From assembly GCA_044892525.1 (NCBI GenBank), contig CM097885.1, positions 8,062,001 to 8,126,000 on the forward strand: 64,000 nucleotides of DNA, given 5' to 3'. Source of the DNA: Schmidtea polychroa (taxonomy: Eukaryota). The translations under genes were made by a program, and so were the position numbers. Position 1 is the first letter of the stretch, and every line of letters starts with the position of its first letter. Positions 39,701 to 53,651 of this stretch are shown one piece after another. A model generated the notes under the pieces. The model saw only the letters and a list, made by a program, of their open reading frames with translations. It was not told the origin of the DNA and did not search any database.

Positions 39701-42529
39701 CAACATAATACTATGTAAGCATTTTTTGTTTAAAACGAATAAAATATTCAAGACTTAAGGAAATGTAGGTCAAAGATAAAATGGTATAGGTCATTACACA
39801 TCATATGAACCACGAAAGGAAGACAGGTTAAAGCTTGTTTAATGTCAATTTAAGTTTATTTTCTCATTTGACTTTGTTTAAATAAAGTAGTTTTATCAGA
39901 CCGTTAAATATGTATGGATTTAGTAAATATTTTAATAGTAGCAAAGTCAAATTTTTTGATTTAAAATTTTCCCTAATCCAAAACGATTTATATTGTGGAT
40001 ACTTGTACCAGGTATTGATAAAGCAACTATTGTTAGTATACTCGGTTATCATGATAATCCAAGAAGTAATCGGCAAATATGAGATTTGAAACGAATTTGT
40101 AAATAAATTTCCAACTGGAATCCAAAATGTTGTAAGAAACTAGGGAAAAGGTTATAGGAGAAAAATTGGTTAGAAATTCAAAGAAATTGTTGCAGTTTAG
40201 AAGTTTGAATGCTATTGTAAAAATAAAAGTTACTGACAATAAAATTCGATAAAAACGAATAAGAACTACTTCCTCGCCTAATGTTTACTAAAACTTGGAT
40301 ATTCAGAAAGTGTATCTAGTGTTTGCTTTTAGATATTGAAGGAGTGATTATAACGAACCAATAACTAGATAAATTCTGGTAAGGACGTACATGAAGGAAT
40401 AGACTAATGATAATGATGTAGAGGTAAGACTAATGGAAATGGTAATAACACCTTTACGATGATCCAACAGGAACTATGATGAATTTAATCAAAGCTATAC
40501 TTACTTTAGATTTCAGAAAATTGAAACCCTTGGAAACAGAATCACCTCAAAGATTTAATAGTAAGACTTTTAATGAAATATTACAATAAGAGCAATGTTT
40601 GGAAATAACATGTATTGATAATACTTGAAAAAGACTAAGGAAACCCAGTATTCCGCATGTCACATAACAGTAATATAAACTAGATATACAAAGAAGTGAA
40701 TGCAAAAATATATAAGTTTAAGCGTTCACTTTTTTCGACAACAGTTGCCTATTAGATGAACCAATAGGATGATAGATAATGACAATATACAAGTACTAAA
40801 AGCAAATAGCAATACAATTGTTTTCAAAAAGATCTTTTTATGCATGATATGATTTCCACCGAGAAAATCCAGGAATTCATTTTGTTACTGCTTGGACAGA
40901 TTTTTTAACATAAATCGATAATTTCAATTTCCATAGAAATTATAATTTAACATAAATCAATGAATTGGTATAACTGCACATTATATTGATTTTGTAATTA
41001 AAAATCGATAAAATTTATCGATTTTAATTTAGTGAGCTTTAATAAAACACTCTTTTCCCCTCCTTCTCATGCAGGTCTAATTTGATCGATATTTATACCA
41101 AGTATCAATAGTTACCGATCGATTTTTTATCTTTTCCTTGACTAGATAAATCATTATGCGTACCCCCTGCCTCGATAACACTTCCGCCGCTATCACTCAG
41201 TTGGCGACAGGACGATATGCTAATTGGATGGGATAAAATCGGTGTTGACGTCACAGGAAATTGACCCATGTCAGTCGAGTTGGAACCGAGGATAGGCTGT
41301 ACATCTATGACGTTATGATTACGTGGAACGAACCGACAATCGATTTACCTGAATCCAAATCGATATCACCACTCCTTAAAATGAAAGTATTAATTTATTA
41401 GCCATGAAATTCGATAATTATTATTATTATTACGAACCTTTCTGAACATTGATTGCAAACTGCCGGTTTCACTAAAATAAAAAATGATAAATTTAAGAAT
41501 GTATAAAGAATAAAAATGTTGCTGAAAATTCTTGAATATCAAGGAGAACAAGTGAAAATGTATTAAACAGGCAAAGTGAAAGTCCAAAAGTTGCAAGAGC
41601 AGATAAAAATATGGAGAATGACCTAACCGAAAAAACTGCTGATAAAAGTCAAAAACAAAAAAAAAGAATAAAAATAGTCTTACAGATAAGAAGTGAAGAA
41701 AGTTTTTCATATTTTAAAAACGTTTCTTGGATTTCATTTCCTTGATTTGCCGAGAAAATCGGGGAATCGATATTCTAAAATATAGAAAGCAAAAATCACA
41801 AATGAAAATTCATGATTTGATGTTACATTTAAAAAATCCGGGAAATTAATTCCGGGATTATTTTGCAGCAGTTGGCAATATCTAGTGAGATCTAATGGGA
41901 ACGAATTACTGGGAAATTCAAATCAAAATTCAAACCATCTTTACAACGAACTTGATTGGCTAATATCAACTGCAATTTCCGATACATTTCCATTTCATCA
42001 AGGCCTTCCATTGACGCCAAAGAGCACAGAATCTAATATAGAATTATCCATTCACACTATTAGAGTCGTTTTTGGAAATATTTAAGCCGCAAAAATATGC
42101 ATTTATTTAGTATTAATTTTATTGGCATTGGTGAGATTTTTGTGTTTACCTTGCTTAATAGAGTCGTTTTAATTTTAGGGGGTGTCCTCAAATTTTCAAC
42201 TTTAAACAATTTTCCATGATAAATTCATCCAGCTGACTTTTTACTTTATTTTTATACTAAATTCATATTGGATAACGTTATGACGATCCAAAGCAACTTT
42301 TTTGAGTTTATTCTAGGAACTTGGCAGGCTATTCCATACTTTAAAGATAAATTGATTTTTCTTGTTGCAATTAGATAATCCCAACCATTTATAATTATAA
42401 TTAAAATAGAAATACATATTAATCATTAAATAACTTGTACATATCTAATTGCTTTTTCAAATATTTATAACAAATAAAATTAACTAAAAATTCGACACTA
42501 ATTAAATTGCAATAAATGGAAACTTTCAA

Positions 42530-44316
42530 GTATTGTGAATTATCGAGCCCTTAGCGATAACACAAATTAAAAAACTGTAAAAAATGAAACTTTTGCAGAC
42601 TCCGCGATAATTAATAAACTAAAAATTGCAACAAAATGAACCTTTGCATCAATATGAATTATTGAGCCCTCGCGATAACTAATAAATTGGAACAAATTGA
42701 ACCTTTGTAGCATTATGAATTATCGAGCCCCCGCGATAACTAATAAAGTGCAACAAAATGAACCTTTGCATCATTATGAATTATCGAGCCCCGCGATAAC
42801 TAATAAATTGCAACCAATTGAACCTCTGCAGCATTATGAATTATCGAGCCCCCGCGATAACTAATAAATTAACAAAATTGCAACCAATTGAACCTTTGCA
42901 GCATTATGAATTATCGAGCCCCCGCGATAACTAATAAAGTGCAACAAAATGAACCTTCGCATCATTATGAATTATCGAGCCTTCGCGATAACTAATAAAG
43001 TGCAACAAAATGAACCTTTGCATCATTATGAATTATCGAGCCCCGCGATAACTAATAAATTGCAACCAATTGAACCTCTGCAGCATTATGAATTATCGAG
43101 CCCCCGCGATAACTAATAAATTAACAAAATTGCAACCAATTGAACCTTTGCATCATTATGAATTATCAAGCCCCCGCGATAACTAATAAATTGCAACCAA
43201 TTGAACCTTTGCATCATTATGAATTATCAAGCCCCCGCGATAACTAATAAATTGCAACCAATTGAACCTTTGCAGCATTATCAATTATCGAGCCCCCGCG
43301 ATAACTAATAAATGAACAAAATTGCAACAAATTGAACCTTTGCAGCATTATGAATTATCGAGCCCCCGCAATAACTAATAAATTGCAACAAATTGAACCT
43401 TTGCATCATTATGAATTATCAAGCCCCCGCGATAACTAATAAATTGCAACCAATTGAACCTTTGCAGCATTATGAATTATCAAGCCCCCGCAATAACTAA
43501 TAAATTGCAACAAATTGAACCTTTGCATCATTATGAATTATCGAGCCCCCGCAATAACTAATAAATTGCAACCAATTGAACCTTTGCAGCATTATGAATT
43601 ATCAAGCCCCCGCGATAACTAATAAATTGCAACCAATTGAACCTTTGCATCATTATGAATTATCAAGCCCCCGCGATAACTAATAAATTGCAACCAATTG
43701 AACCTTTGCAGCATTATCAATTATCGAGCCCCCGCGATAACTAATAAATGAACAAAATTGCAACAAATTGAACCTTTGCAGCATTATGAATTATCGAGCC
43801 CCCGCAATAACTAATAAATTGCAACAAATTGAACCTTTGCATCATTATGAATTATCAAGCCCCCGCGATAACTAATAAATTGCAACCAATTGAACCTTTG
43901 CAGCATTATGAATTATCGAGCCCCCGCAATAACTAATAAATTGCAACAAATTGAACCTTTGCATCATTATGAATTATCGAGCCCCCGCAATAACTAATAA
44001 ATTGCAACCAATTGAACCTTTGCATCATTATGAATTATCGAGCCCCCGCAATAACTAATAAATTGCAACAAATTGAACCTTTGCAGCATTATGAATTATC
44101 AAGCCCCCGCGATAACTAATAAATCGCAACCAATTGAACCTTTGCATCATTATGAATTATCAAGCCCCCGCGATAACTAATAAATTGCAACCAATTGAAC
44201 CTTTGCAGCATTATCAATTATCGAGCCCCCGCGATAACTAATAAATGAACAAAATTGCAACAAATTGAACCTTTGCAGCATTATGAATTATCGAGCCCCC
44301 GCAATAACTAATAAAT
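42530..44316. repeat. Tandem satellite, 61-bp unit with 70-bp variants
   Basis: AATTGCAAC[AC]AATTGAACCTTTGCA[GT]CATTATGAATTATC[AG]AGCCCCCGC[GA]ATAACTAATA repeated roughly 28 times. Confidence 0.95.
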
Positions 44317-47300
44317 ATCTAATATATCAAATTTCATAGTTTGATAATTTTTGTTTGCATTAATAAAAATAAATTCCCGTAACTATGCAAATAATCCTTA
44401 ACCACAAACACGAAGAATATGCACAAAACAAAAAATACCCAAGAAAAACGAAATTAATTAAAAATATTATTTAAATAATTTCGTCCGATTAAGTCAAAGA
44501 AATCATTAAATAATAAAAATATATTATTAGATACCTGTTTAAATGTCGAAGGTGCGCATAAATAAAAGACACCTTGAAACATTTTAATTGCATCTTTAAA
44601 TTCTTCCAAAATACATTTCAATGAGTTTTTTTCATCATTCACAACGGCTTTCTTGTAATGATGTAAGTAATTCAAAGGAAACACTAGTCAAAAATTACCT
44701 TGATGTTAGCAACATTATTTTCAAAAGCTTTTACAATACAATTCATGTTTTTAATATTTTTCGAAAATCTTTGAAGAACTTTCAATTGGTTTTCAATAAA
44801 AGAAACATCGTGCATAATTGATTGTTCAATGAATCGTAAATTGTGTGAACAATAACCAGAATCTTTATATTTTAAGCTTAAATATATCCAATTTGATTTT
44901 ATTATAATAACTAAAAATCTATATTTTTCAAAATCATTGCTGTTGATACAATTTATCGAAGTAAAATAAACTAAATCTGGAAGCAGTAAAATTAAATCTT
45001 CAATTAACTAACCACTTATTTTGGAAATTTCATTTACATTAAAATCCGATTTTTGATACAAGTAAAATAAGGAGTCAATAATTGACATTTGATTTTTAAA
45101 TAAAAAAATGAATATTTAAACAAAACGTTAAAAAAGAATTATATTGAGATTTAAGTTATTTGTAAAATGTTTTATAAAATTTAAGTATTAATTTAATTAA
45201 ATAATTTTAGAGTTTTGTACATTGTACATTTTACAGTGATTTAAATAGTATTGTAAGAAATGTGTAATATTTAAATTGTAAATAAATGAAATAAATGTAT
45301 ATTAAATTTCCAAAAACTTTGAATTCGATTTATATTTTGGTTAGAAGTGTAGGGTTTTTTGAATTCCTAAAAAAGTTTTTTTTCACTATTCAATTGTTAT
45401 TATTCATAAATATGAAAATGCCGACCTACTTTTCCCAAAGCAATCGCATTTATTCGATTTGCCATTTGGCACTAGTGTTGGGCTGAATTACTAGGTTCGA
45501 ATGATTTGACACTGAGTCGGATGTGGAGGTAAGGCCTGAGACTAAATTGGATGAAAAGGAAGAAAAGGTCAGAATAAAAACAACTTAGCAAATAAATTTG
45601 ACATCGAACAAATTAAATAAACTAGAAAATAAAGAAAATCTGTTTTATATAAATATCATAAGAAATAGGAGTAATCAGAAAAACAAGATATTAACCACGA
45701 ATAATTGACAAAAGGGGAAAATAATTTAATAAAGAAAAAACCAAAGTTGAAAACGGGAAAAATTAAATAAGAACATAAAACACATAAAATATCAACCAAA
45801 TTAAGAAAAATGGAGAAAATGAATGATTACACACATAAGATCTAGCAGAAAACCCACAAAAATTATGTAGAAAATAAGAAATAAATAAAACAATGAATTA
45901 ATAAAATAAAAACAAAATAATACATAATAAAAACAAATTAAAAATAAAAAATAATAAAAAATGAACAAAATACAACACAGCTTAGTCCTGATTGGACCAA
46001 AAATAGTATGTAATACAGAAGCTAAGTCATTACATTAACTCCACAAAAATTTATACAGACTCAACTCTAACAAATTGACTACAGCTCATTACGAATCAAG
46101 GACAGACATCATTCAACAGATATACGAAACTCATCTCAGCGAAGAAACTATTCACGACAGATAAATTGAGGAACAACTCAGGAACACTTACATCCGATTT
46201 AGACTCAAAACCTTTGAACTAACTGCTAAAAGATCCAAGTAATAATGTTTGATTACTTTTATGAATTGGTAATAATAGTAAGTTTCCATGTGTAAAATTT
46301 TAACCAATAAATTAGTTCAATGATGGACAAATTTGACTTCATCTTCTTCACGGGACTGGTGACGATACTGTCTGGAAGCTTCGATCATGATGTCGATGAA
46401 TTGAATGCAGAACCAACGATGGATTGGAAATATGAATGAAGGATGAACCAAAATTGTCGAAAATGAATATGAATTGATGATATACAGATGATCAATAAAT
46501 GCCATTGAGAGAATTTTTGAAACATGAAGAAAATCGAATCTCTTGCAGGAATTGTGTGGAAGATATGAAGGATTTTGAGAGAAGAAATGATATTATAACT
46601 TGATAAGTAATGCCAAAAAATGACTTAGTAACGACGAGGATGAACATCATGATTGGAATTCAAATGGCATGGTCGCCAGGTAAATTAATGATATTTGTTT
46701 TTAGTTATTTAATTAGAAAATATTTGATATATTCATATATTTTATTGGTGATTTTCATGATATTGATTTGAGTTCCTCTGTCTATCGTGACGGTGTGAGG
46801 ACGGTGGGTAGCAATACCGGTGGTCCTCAGGTGTGTCACGGTAAGTGGAAAGACTCCGAGGTAGATAAATAATAGTTGGAGGAACAATTTGAGAGAATGC
46901 TGAGGTCTTCATTGGATCGTAATAGACAAAAAAACCATTTTATAAAAATCCGTAACGAAGTCATCAGCCAGAGCAATTACTCAGAGCGAATGTCGGCATT
47001 TAATTGTTTACCACCATAGATAGGGGAAAACCCAACAAGGCAATTTTCGGAGCCAAGTAATCGTCGATTTCCTATTTCTATAGATCTGCAGAGAATCACA
47101 TTTACTCGCCATGAGTCGAGATAAATCCACTTGTTCGTGCTAGATGAAAATTTTCCAACAATCTTAGACAAAACGACTATCATTCATCGGACTCCAATAT
47201 TCCTTTCGCTAGCTTGGCATTCACATCCATGAATTCGTCAGGGAATCCATCGTGTCATTACAATTCACCATCTGCAGATAGTGCCGCATTCGACCAACAT

Positions 47301-48789
47301 CTGATATCTCTATTATGATAAATATAAACATTTATCGCCCGCGAAATCTGCTAGAAATATTGTCTAGTCCTAAAGCAATTGACATTAAGATAAACCATCT
47401 CGATCACAGCAAATGCTAATTATCACAAAAGTTGTCACCGTCTTCCTTATCACAATCTGCAAATTTGACAATTAGAGAATCACCGATAGAAATAAGTCCA
47501 ACCAGTTAAATCAATATAAATTCCTCTGACAAGAGATAAAGATGAACAATTTATCTTACACGCAATATTACTGATTTTAATAAATGTCACACAGCGACAA
47601 AATATTAGGCGACTAAATCATAGTCTAATGGATGGAATAAACATTGTACAATGAACATAATTATGTACGGAAAGGGGAAATTATATTAATTTCGTTAATG
47701 TTTATCGAGGTGAATAAATTTAATTTATTAATTAAGGTATAATTACTTGGGCAAATGACCCTCCCCGTATATACTATAGATGATTCAAATAAACTTGATC
47801 GTAGGGATCCCAGTCATTATAGAATGTAAATAATTTGTAAGAATAAATAATAAAATTTTTCGATCAAATTTCCACCCGACTATTTTTCAGTGTTTAATGA
47901 TGAAATTTATTCTAAATGAAATTTATTATATTTTCCTTTAGTAGTATAAAGTAAAAGAGAAGGGGTTATTGTTATGAGTTTGGTTCGCTTCACTAATACC
48001 TCTTTCTAGTAGTATTCTGATTATGTAAATTTCTTTCAGTTATGAGCGAGCCAAATTTACATACAAAAGGACTCCAACCGTGCTTTTCTTGCGCGGACAA
48101 AAACGAAGACATTCGTAAGCTTCATGAATATATCGAGGCTCTCAAAAAACGTATAGAAACTTACGAAGGCACGTGGTTCTCCCCGACACAAATGAAGGAG
48201 GAGAAAACAAAAATCTTGAGACTGAAGCACTGTTGAGACAGTCTTCTAGAAAAGAGCCGATGTCAGCGGCTAACCATTAAAGCCCAATCGGAGGCGCTTC
48301 AAAAAGTATAACCCGACTCAGAAATCCTAAAGAGAGTGCGAGAGTACCCCATCCAAGACGGAACAAACGTGTTCCCCATTCATCATCATAATGACGAAGT
48401 GCCGCAACCATCAACGAGTTGCTTGGGGCACGGATTCCAGTTCTCGCCAGTAGGGAGTTAGTGGCCCGCGGCAGCAATAGGGGGGGGGGTAAAAAATGTT
48501 GCAAACTTTTGATTGCATAACTTTTTCCGTAGACATTTTTTGATTACATAATTGTTGCCGTAATGCCCAATGTTTTCTGGGATTTTAAATACAAATTTTT
48601 TTTTTTTTTTTTTTTCAATAAACAAGCCAAGGATAAATATTATTTGGGTGGGTCTCCTTGGTCCTGAGAATTTCAATAGAAAAAGGTAGTCTTCAATAAA
48701 AAAGCATGGATTTTTCACACTATAGTGAGGGGATCTTCTTGGTCATGAGAATTTCAATAGAAAAGGTGGTTTACATTAAAAAACGCATA

Positions 48790-49440
48790 GTAAATTTTTA
48801 AAATAAAGTAAATTATGGGTCTAAAATTTAAAAATAAAGTAAATGATGGGTCTAAAAATTTAAGTAAATCAAGGTTCAGATTTATTTTTGAAATAAAGTA
48901 AATTATGGTCTAAATAAGTAAATTATGGGCTAAGATTTTTCAATTAAAGTAAATAATGGTTCTAAAAAAATTAAATTACAGTAAATTATGGTCCAAATTT
49001 TTAAATTAAAGTAAATTATGGTTCTTAAAAATTAAATTAAAGTAAATTATGGTTCTTAAAAATTAAATTAAAGTAAATTATGGTCAAAATTTTTGAATTA
49101 CAGTCCAAAAATTTAAATTAAAGTAAATTATGATCCAAATTTTTAAATTAAAGTAAATAATGGTTCTAAAAAATTAAATTAAAGTAAATAATGGTCCAAA
49201 TATTTTAAATTACAGTAAATAATGGTTCTAAAAATTAAATTACAGTAAATAATGGTCAAAAATTTTAAAATTAAAGTAAATTATGGTTCTAAAAATTAAA
49301 TTAAAGTTAATTAAGGTCCAAATTTTAAAATTAAATAATCAATGGTAAAAAAAAATTTAAATTAAAGTTAAATAAGTAAATTAAAGTAATAATTTTTAAA
49401 TAAGTAAATTAAAGTAATGTAATAAGTAAATTAAAGTAAG
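48790..49440. repeat. Subterminal ~30-bp tandem repeats, left arm (mirrored at ~60895-61550)
   Basis: AAATTAAAGTAAATTATGGTYC units. Confidence 0.85.
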
Positions 49441-49625
49441 ATTTTTAAATTTATTAACAAAAATAGAAGGTGTTTGAGAATTGAAATTTTTTAATGGAAA
49501 TTTTAATGAATTATTTTTTAAGTAATTTTTAATAGAAATTTTTATGAATAATTTTCAATGGTAATTTTTAATGGAAATTTTAATAGAATAATTTTTAAGA
49601 TAATTTTTAATGAAAATTTTTATGA

Positions 49626-49684
<59 letters not shown>

Positions 49685-49871
49685 TAATATTAATAATATA
49701 TCAACCAAATACTATACAACACATAAAAAATTAACTAAACACATAAAAATAACTAGACACATAACAAAACATATAAACATTAACTAAACACATAAAAATG
49801 AACTAGACACATAACAAACATAAAAATTTACCAAATAACAAATGTAAAGATATAAAATTTATTCAATAAAA

Positions 49872-52800
49872 TTAGTCCTCATCGGACAAAATAACGTCAT
49901 CGATATCGATGTCATCTTCTCCAAAATCTTCATTTAATTCTTCCTCATCTTCTCCATCATTTTCTCCACCATTTTCTGAAACATTTTCTGCAACAATTTC
50001 TCCAACATTTTCTCCAATATTTAATTCACTTAATCTTACATGCCCATATGCAAGACTAGTATTTTGCCCCACCCAAACCCTTTTGTCATCTTTGTTAGTT
50101 AGTGCTATTTTTGTGTTTTTAATTGTAAAAATTTGATGATTTTTGCTTGTTATTTTAGTCTGAGGAACCGAAAAAATCTGGTTAGTGTTATAACAATCCA
50201 GGTATGACTGATGTTTTATGTCACCACCTTTCAATGTTACACCTTTAGCCTTTTTTGTTTCCTCATCACCCAACAAGCTATAACATTTAGGTCTAAGAAA
50301 AACCCACTCCTTATATTTAAGACCTTTATTCTCGTCTTTGAACTTTCCAATGACTGAATCAAGGTTCTTACTATATAAGGAATGACAACTATTGTAATTG
50401 GAAGTATCCAATAAATTATCTCGAACCATTGCAGGTAAAAGAACCTCAAGTTTGCAGTTAATGACTTCGAGGAAAAAAGAATCTGTATCACCTGCAACGA
50501 TATTAATTTTACAATTAAACTCATTGCGAAATGATTCCAGATCCTTATATTGCAATTCATACATTCTAAGTTTAGATAGATCAAGTACAGATTGACCAAT
50601 GTAACTCGGTCTATCTAAACATATAGAATCGGAATTCAATAGTGCTGCAATTAAATTATCTGCTATTTTAATAGATTTTTTAAAAGTCGGTTTTGACGAA
50701 TATTTAACTAATTTACCGGCAGTTGTACAAAGACGAAGATTCATTCTTCTCTTTAAATTTTCAACTGTTTTGCCGTATAAACTATTATTTAGCAATTTAT
50801 AATAATTTTTATCTAAGCTATTTACGCTTTTTGATCTTAATTCGGTATTTGTATCTATATATTTTTTAAAAATTGGTGATTGCTTAAATCTTACACCCCT
50901 ATTTACACGTGTTACTTTAACACCAAGTTCCAAATATAATTTTAATAATCTCCAATGAATAACATAATTAGATTTTGGAAGATGAGTTAATAATAATTTT
51001 TCAACCTTAGACCCAGCAGGTTTCATTTTTTCAGCAGCTACAGGGAAATCATCCAACTTATCATGAAGCTCAGAAGGAATTACAAGATCAACTTCAAGTG
51101 TGTATCCATAAGACAAAGATTCAAGATTTAAATTCCTACATTCATCCATTATTTTATCAAATCCATCAAGAACCCAACAAAATTCGCCACAAGGTAATGA
51201 TTGACTTAAAGCCCAGCCATAAAGATTATTAATATCTATATATAGTAACTCAGTGTTCTCGTCGGTTTTTACGTAATGCTTATTCACAAAAGTAAGACCG
51301 CCTCTTATTCCACCCTCATAAAAGCTAAACATTTCGTTTTCAGTTATGAGTTCAATTGGTTCATTTAAAGACATTAATGCAGAAGACCAAGACATGCCTG
51401 GAATTCCGAAATAATTCAATGGTTCCAATCTATTGTGAGCAATGGATTTCAACCGAAACTGATGAAAGAAATCAGCCAAAAGAAAACAATCAAGTTTTAG
51501 GTAGATCATCATATAATCTAATAAAGTTACGCAATTAGTTTCTACCCAAATCTCCTGAGCTTTTTCATACTCAAGCTCAGTGACACCCTCCCAGATTGGT
51601 GGTAATTCATAAGTAGTTTGGAGAATATCTAAAGAAGTGGCGAAATTATAAGGGAAGATTCCTTTTTCACTTACTATGGTGCCAGAAAAAGCAGAATTAG
51701 TAAAAGGCAAAGAATTCAAAGTTTTGACTGCTTTAGCCAAAGAATCATTGACAAATTGATACGAATCAATGAATCTTAGGCTAATTTTACCTAAATGAGC
51801 AATCAAAGATATAAATTTTTCCGTAGTTATTGGGATGCACCCTAAATTCCAATTTTTAAATTTATTTAATCCATATTTAAGTATATGGTGCATATCGTAT
51901 CCCTTCAAGTTGTGAAATACGATAGGCAAAATTTTATTTATTTTCCTATTTACGTTACATGTGCTACAAGCTGCACCCAAGTATTTCCCCGTAAAATGAT
52001 CGTGATCTCTAACAGGATCGACGATAGATTTCATACAAAGATAACAAACAGATGCACTAACAAATTGACGTTGTTCAATTTTTGTTAATTTCATCATAGG
52101 TTTCCTACCCATTTTATAATAAAAAGGAAGAACCTTATTTAATGCTATATCCTCTATAGCACTTAAAAAACTCTCGACGCAATCTAAACCTATGAACTGC
52201 TGATAAGATTTAGATCCGTCAAAGTTATTTACAAGTAAAAGACCAGCAGATATTGGCATGTGTCGTTGGAAATGATCATTATCAGAAGGTAAAATAGCCT
52301 CAAAATCTGCATAAACTACAAAAGGAGGAGTTACTGTTTTCGACCAGTCAGTAAACTGTAATAATTTATTTTGAGGGAAGGTGTAAAGAGTTGTTCCTAA
52401 TTGATTACGTTTACATAATATTTCATGTTTTTCTAGTGCGTGTTTATTATTAAACCCATTCAAACACCGATGGCACCATAATGAACGTATGCGTGTAGGA
52501 CAACTAGTGTTGATATGACAATTCATTAACTTATTTAAATTACTTATAGCAACGTAATGGAAATTGTTTCCTTTATTTAATAATAGTAAATTAATTACAG
52601 TTCCATTTAAAACTTTGGAACGATGTATAATATCTAAATGTGGGTGTTTTAATACGTAATTATCTATTAATTGTTTGTTATTGTCATAAGAAAAAACGTT
52701 AATTATTAAGCCTGGATTTTTGGCCTCGAATTTTCTAATATCTTTTAATTTCATGGGTAAGTCCAATGGATTATATATTAATTCAGATAAATTATAACTG

Positions 52801-53651
52801 GATGTCCTATTTTTAGCATAACTACTAACCTCATCATATTTTAAAATAGCTAAAATGCTATATAAAAAACATGAATCATCGGTGTTTTTTATATTAATTA
52901 AACAATATTTATTTTTTAGATAAGTAGGTGTTTCAATGAAACTCCTACCACTTAATCTACTTAGCCTACTTATTTTTGTTATGGTGAAATGTATTTCAGT
53001 GATATTTTTTATATTCCAACTGCTTCCTAACTCAGTAATATTAGTAATTTTCTCATTTAATTCCTTAATGCCTTCATCAAAAAATGATGCAGTTAAAGGC
53101 TTTGCATAATTTGAGATATTATTAACCTTTATTTCCCCGTCTTTTTCAAATTCGATTGTTATTCCGAATTGAATTTTGACGGAGCCTAATTCGTTAATAA
53201 TATCTCGTAATTTTTTTATTAGTTGTTCAGGAAATATTATTTCTTTTATATTTAAGTCGCTTGTATTTAAGCTTAATATTTGATGGGTACCTCTTAGATC
53301 TTTTTGTATTATTGGAACATTTCCACCTATTTGTATTATATTTAATCCATCCCAAGAGTCAAGGGAAATATTATCTAATCCGACCTGGGATTCAACAACC
53401 AATCCATCATGGGATTCGACAACCAATCCATCATTGGATTCCACAAAAGGCAATCCGTCCTGGGATTCAAAAGAAGAAGTATCTAATTTAATTTTTTTAT
53501 TTTTATTATTTTTTTCTATAGTTGAGGGTCTTTTAAAAACACTATCTTTTTTAAAATTAAACCTATCTAAATGATTTTTATGTTTATTATAAAAAACGCT
53601 ATATGTTACGGGGTCACTAGTCTTACATACGGGACATATTTTAAAACACAT
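49872..53651 (-). CDS. polB: Protein-primed family B DNA polymerase (Polinton type), 1259 aa
   Basis: Exo I YADFE; CxxC..RDHDH..TG..CxxCN endonuclease-VII-like insert; Exo II FHNLKGYD; motif A YIDINNLYG; motif B KLLNNSLYGK; motif C GDTDS. Confidence 0.95.
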   Translation of the reverse strand: MCFKICPVCKTSDPVTYSVFYNKHKNHLDRFNFKKDSVFKRPSTIEKNNKNKKIKLDTSSFESQDGLPFVESNDGLVVESHDGLVVESQVGLDNISLDSWDGLNIIQIGGNVPIIQKDLRGTHQILSLNTSDLNIKEIIFPEQLIKKLRDIINELGSVKIQFGITIEFEKDGEIKVNNISNYAKPLTASFFDEGIKELNEKITNITELGSSWNIKNITEIHFTITKISRLSRLSGRSFIETPTYLKNKYCLINIKNTDDSCFLYSILAILKYDEVSSYAKNRTSSYNLSELIYNPLDLPMKLKDIRKFEAKNPGLIINVFSYDNNKQLIDNYVLKHPHLDIIHRSKVLNGTVINLLLLNKGNNFHYVAISNLNKLMNCHINTSCPTRIRSLWCHRCLNGFNNKHALEKHEILCKRNQLGTTLYTFPQNKLLQFTDWSKTVTPPFVVYADFEAILPSDNDHFQRHMPISAGLLLVNNFDGSKSYQQFIGLDCVESFLSAIEDIALNKVLPFYYKMGRKPMMKLTKIEQRQFVSASVCYLCMKSIVDPVRDHDHFTGKYLGAACSTCNVNRKINKILPIVFHNLKGYDMHHILKYGLNKFKNWNLGCIPITTEKFISLIAHLGKISLRFIDSYQFVNDSLAKAVKTLNSLPFTNSAFSGTIVSEKGIFPYNFATSLDILQTTYELPPIWEGVTELEYEKAQEIWVETNCVTLLDYMMIYLKLDCFLLADFFHQFRLKSIAHNRLEPLNYFGIPGMSWSSALMSLNEPIELITENEMFSFYEGGIRGGLTFVNKHYVKTDENTELLYIDINNLYGWALSQSLPCGEFCWVLDGFDKIMDECRNLNLESLSYGYTLEVDLVIPSELHDKLDDFPVAAEKMKPAGSKVEKLLLTHLPKSNYVIHWRLLKLYLELGVKVTRVNRGVRFKQSPIFKKYIDTNTELRSKSVNSLDKNYYKLLNNSLYGKTVENLKRRMNLRLCTTAGKLVKYSSKPTFKKSIKIADNLIAALLNSDSICLDRPSYIGQSVLDLSKLRMYELQYKDLESFRNEFNCKINIVAGDTDSFFLEVINCKLEVLLPAMVRDNLLDTSNYNSCHSLYSKNLDSVIGKFKDENKGLKYKEWVFLRPKCYSLLGDEETKKAKGVTLKGGDIKHQSYLDCYNTNQIFSVPQTKITSKNHQIFTIKNTKIALTNKDDKRVWVGQNTSLAYGHVRLSELNIGENVGEIVAENVSENGGENDGEDEEELNEDFGEDDIDIDDVILSDED

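Noticed and set aside
35600..40900. Fragmented glycoprotein/env-like ORFs (also 17854-18510 and 46300-47500)
   Set aside because: Too degraded to assign a family without a search
42530..44316. CRISPR-like array
   Set aside because: No unique spacers and no cas genes; it is a plain tandem satellite in a eukaryotic context
48716..48732. T7/T3/SP6 promoter-like CCCTCACTATAG (also ~61603 and ~35413)
   Set aside because: Only a partial match, and it is a conserved part of the TIR family rather than vector contamination
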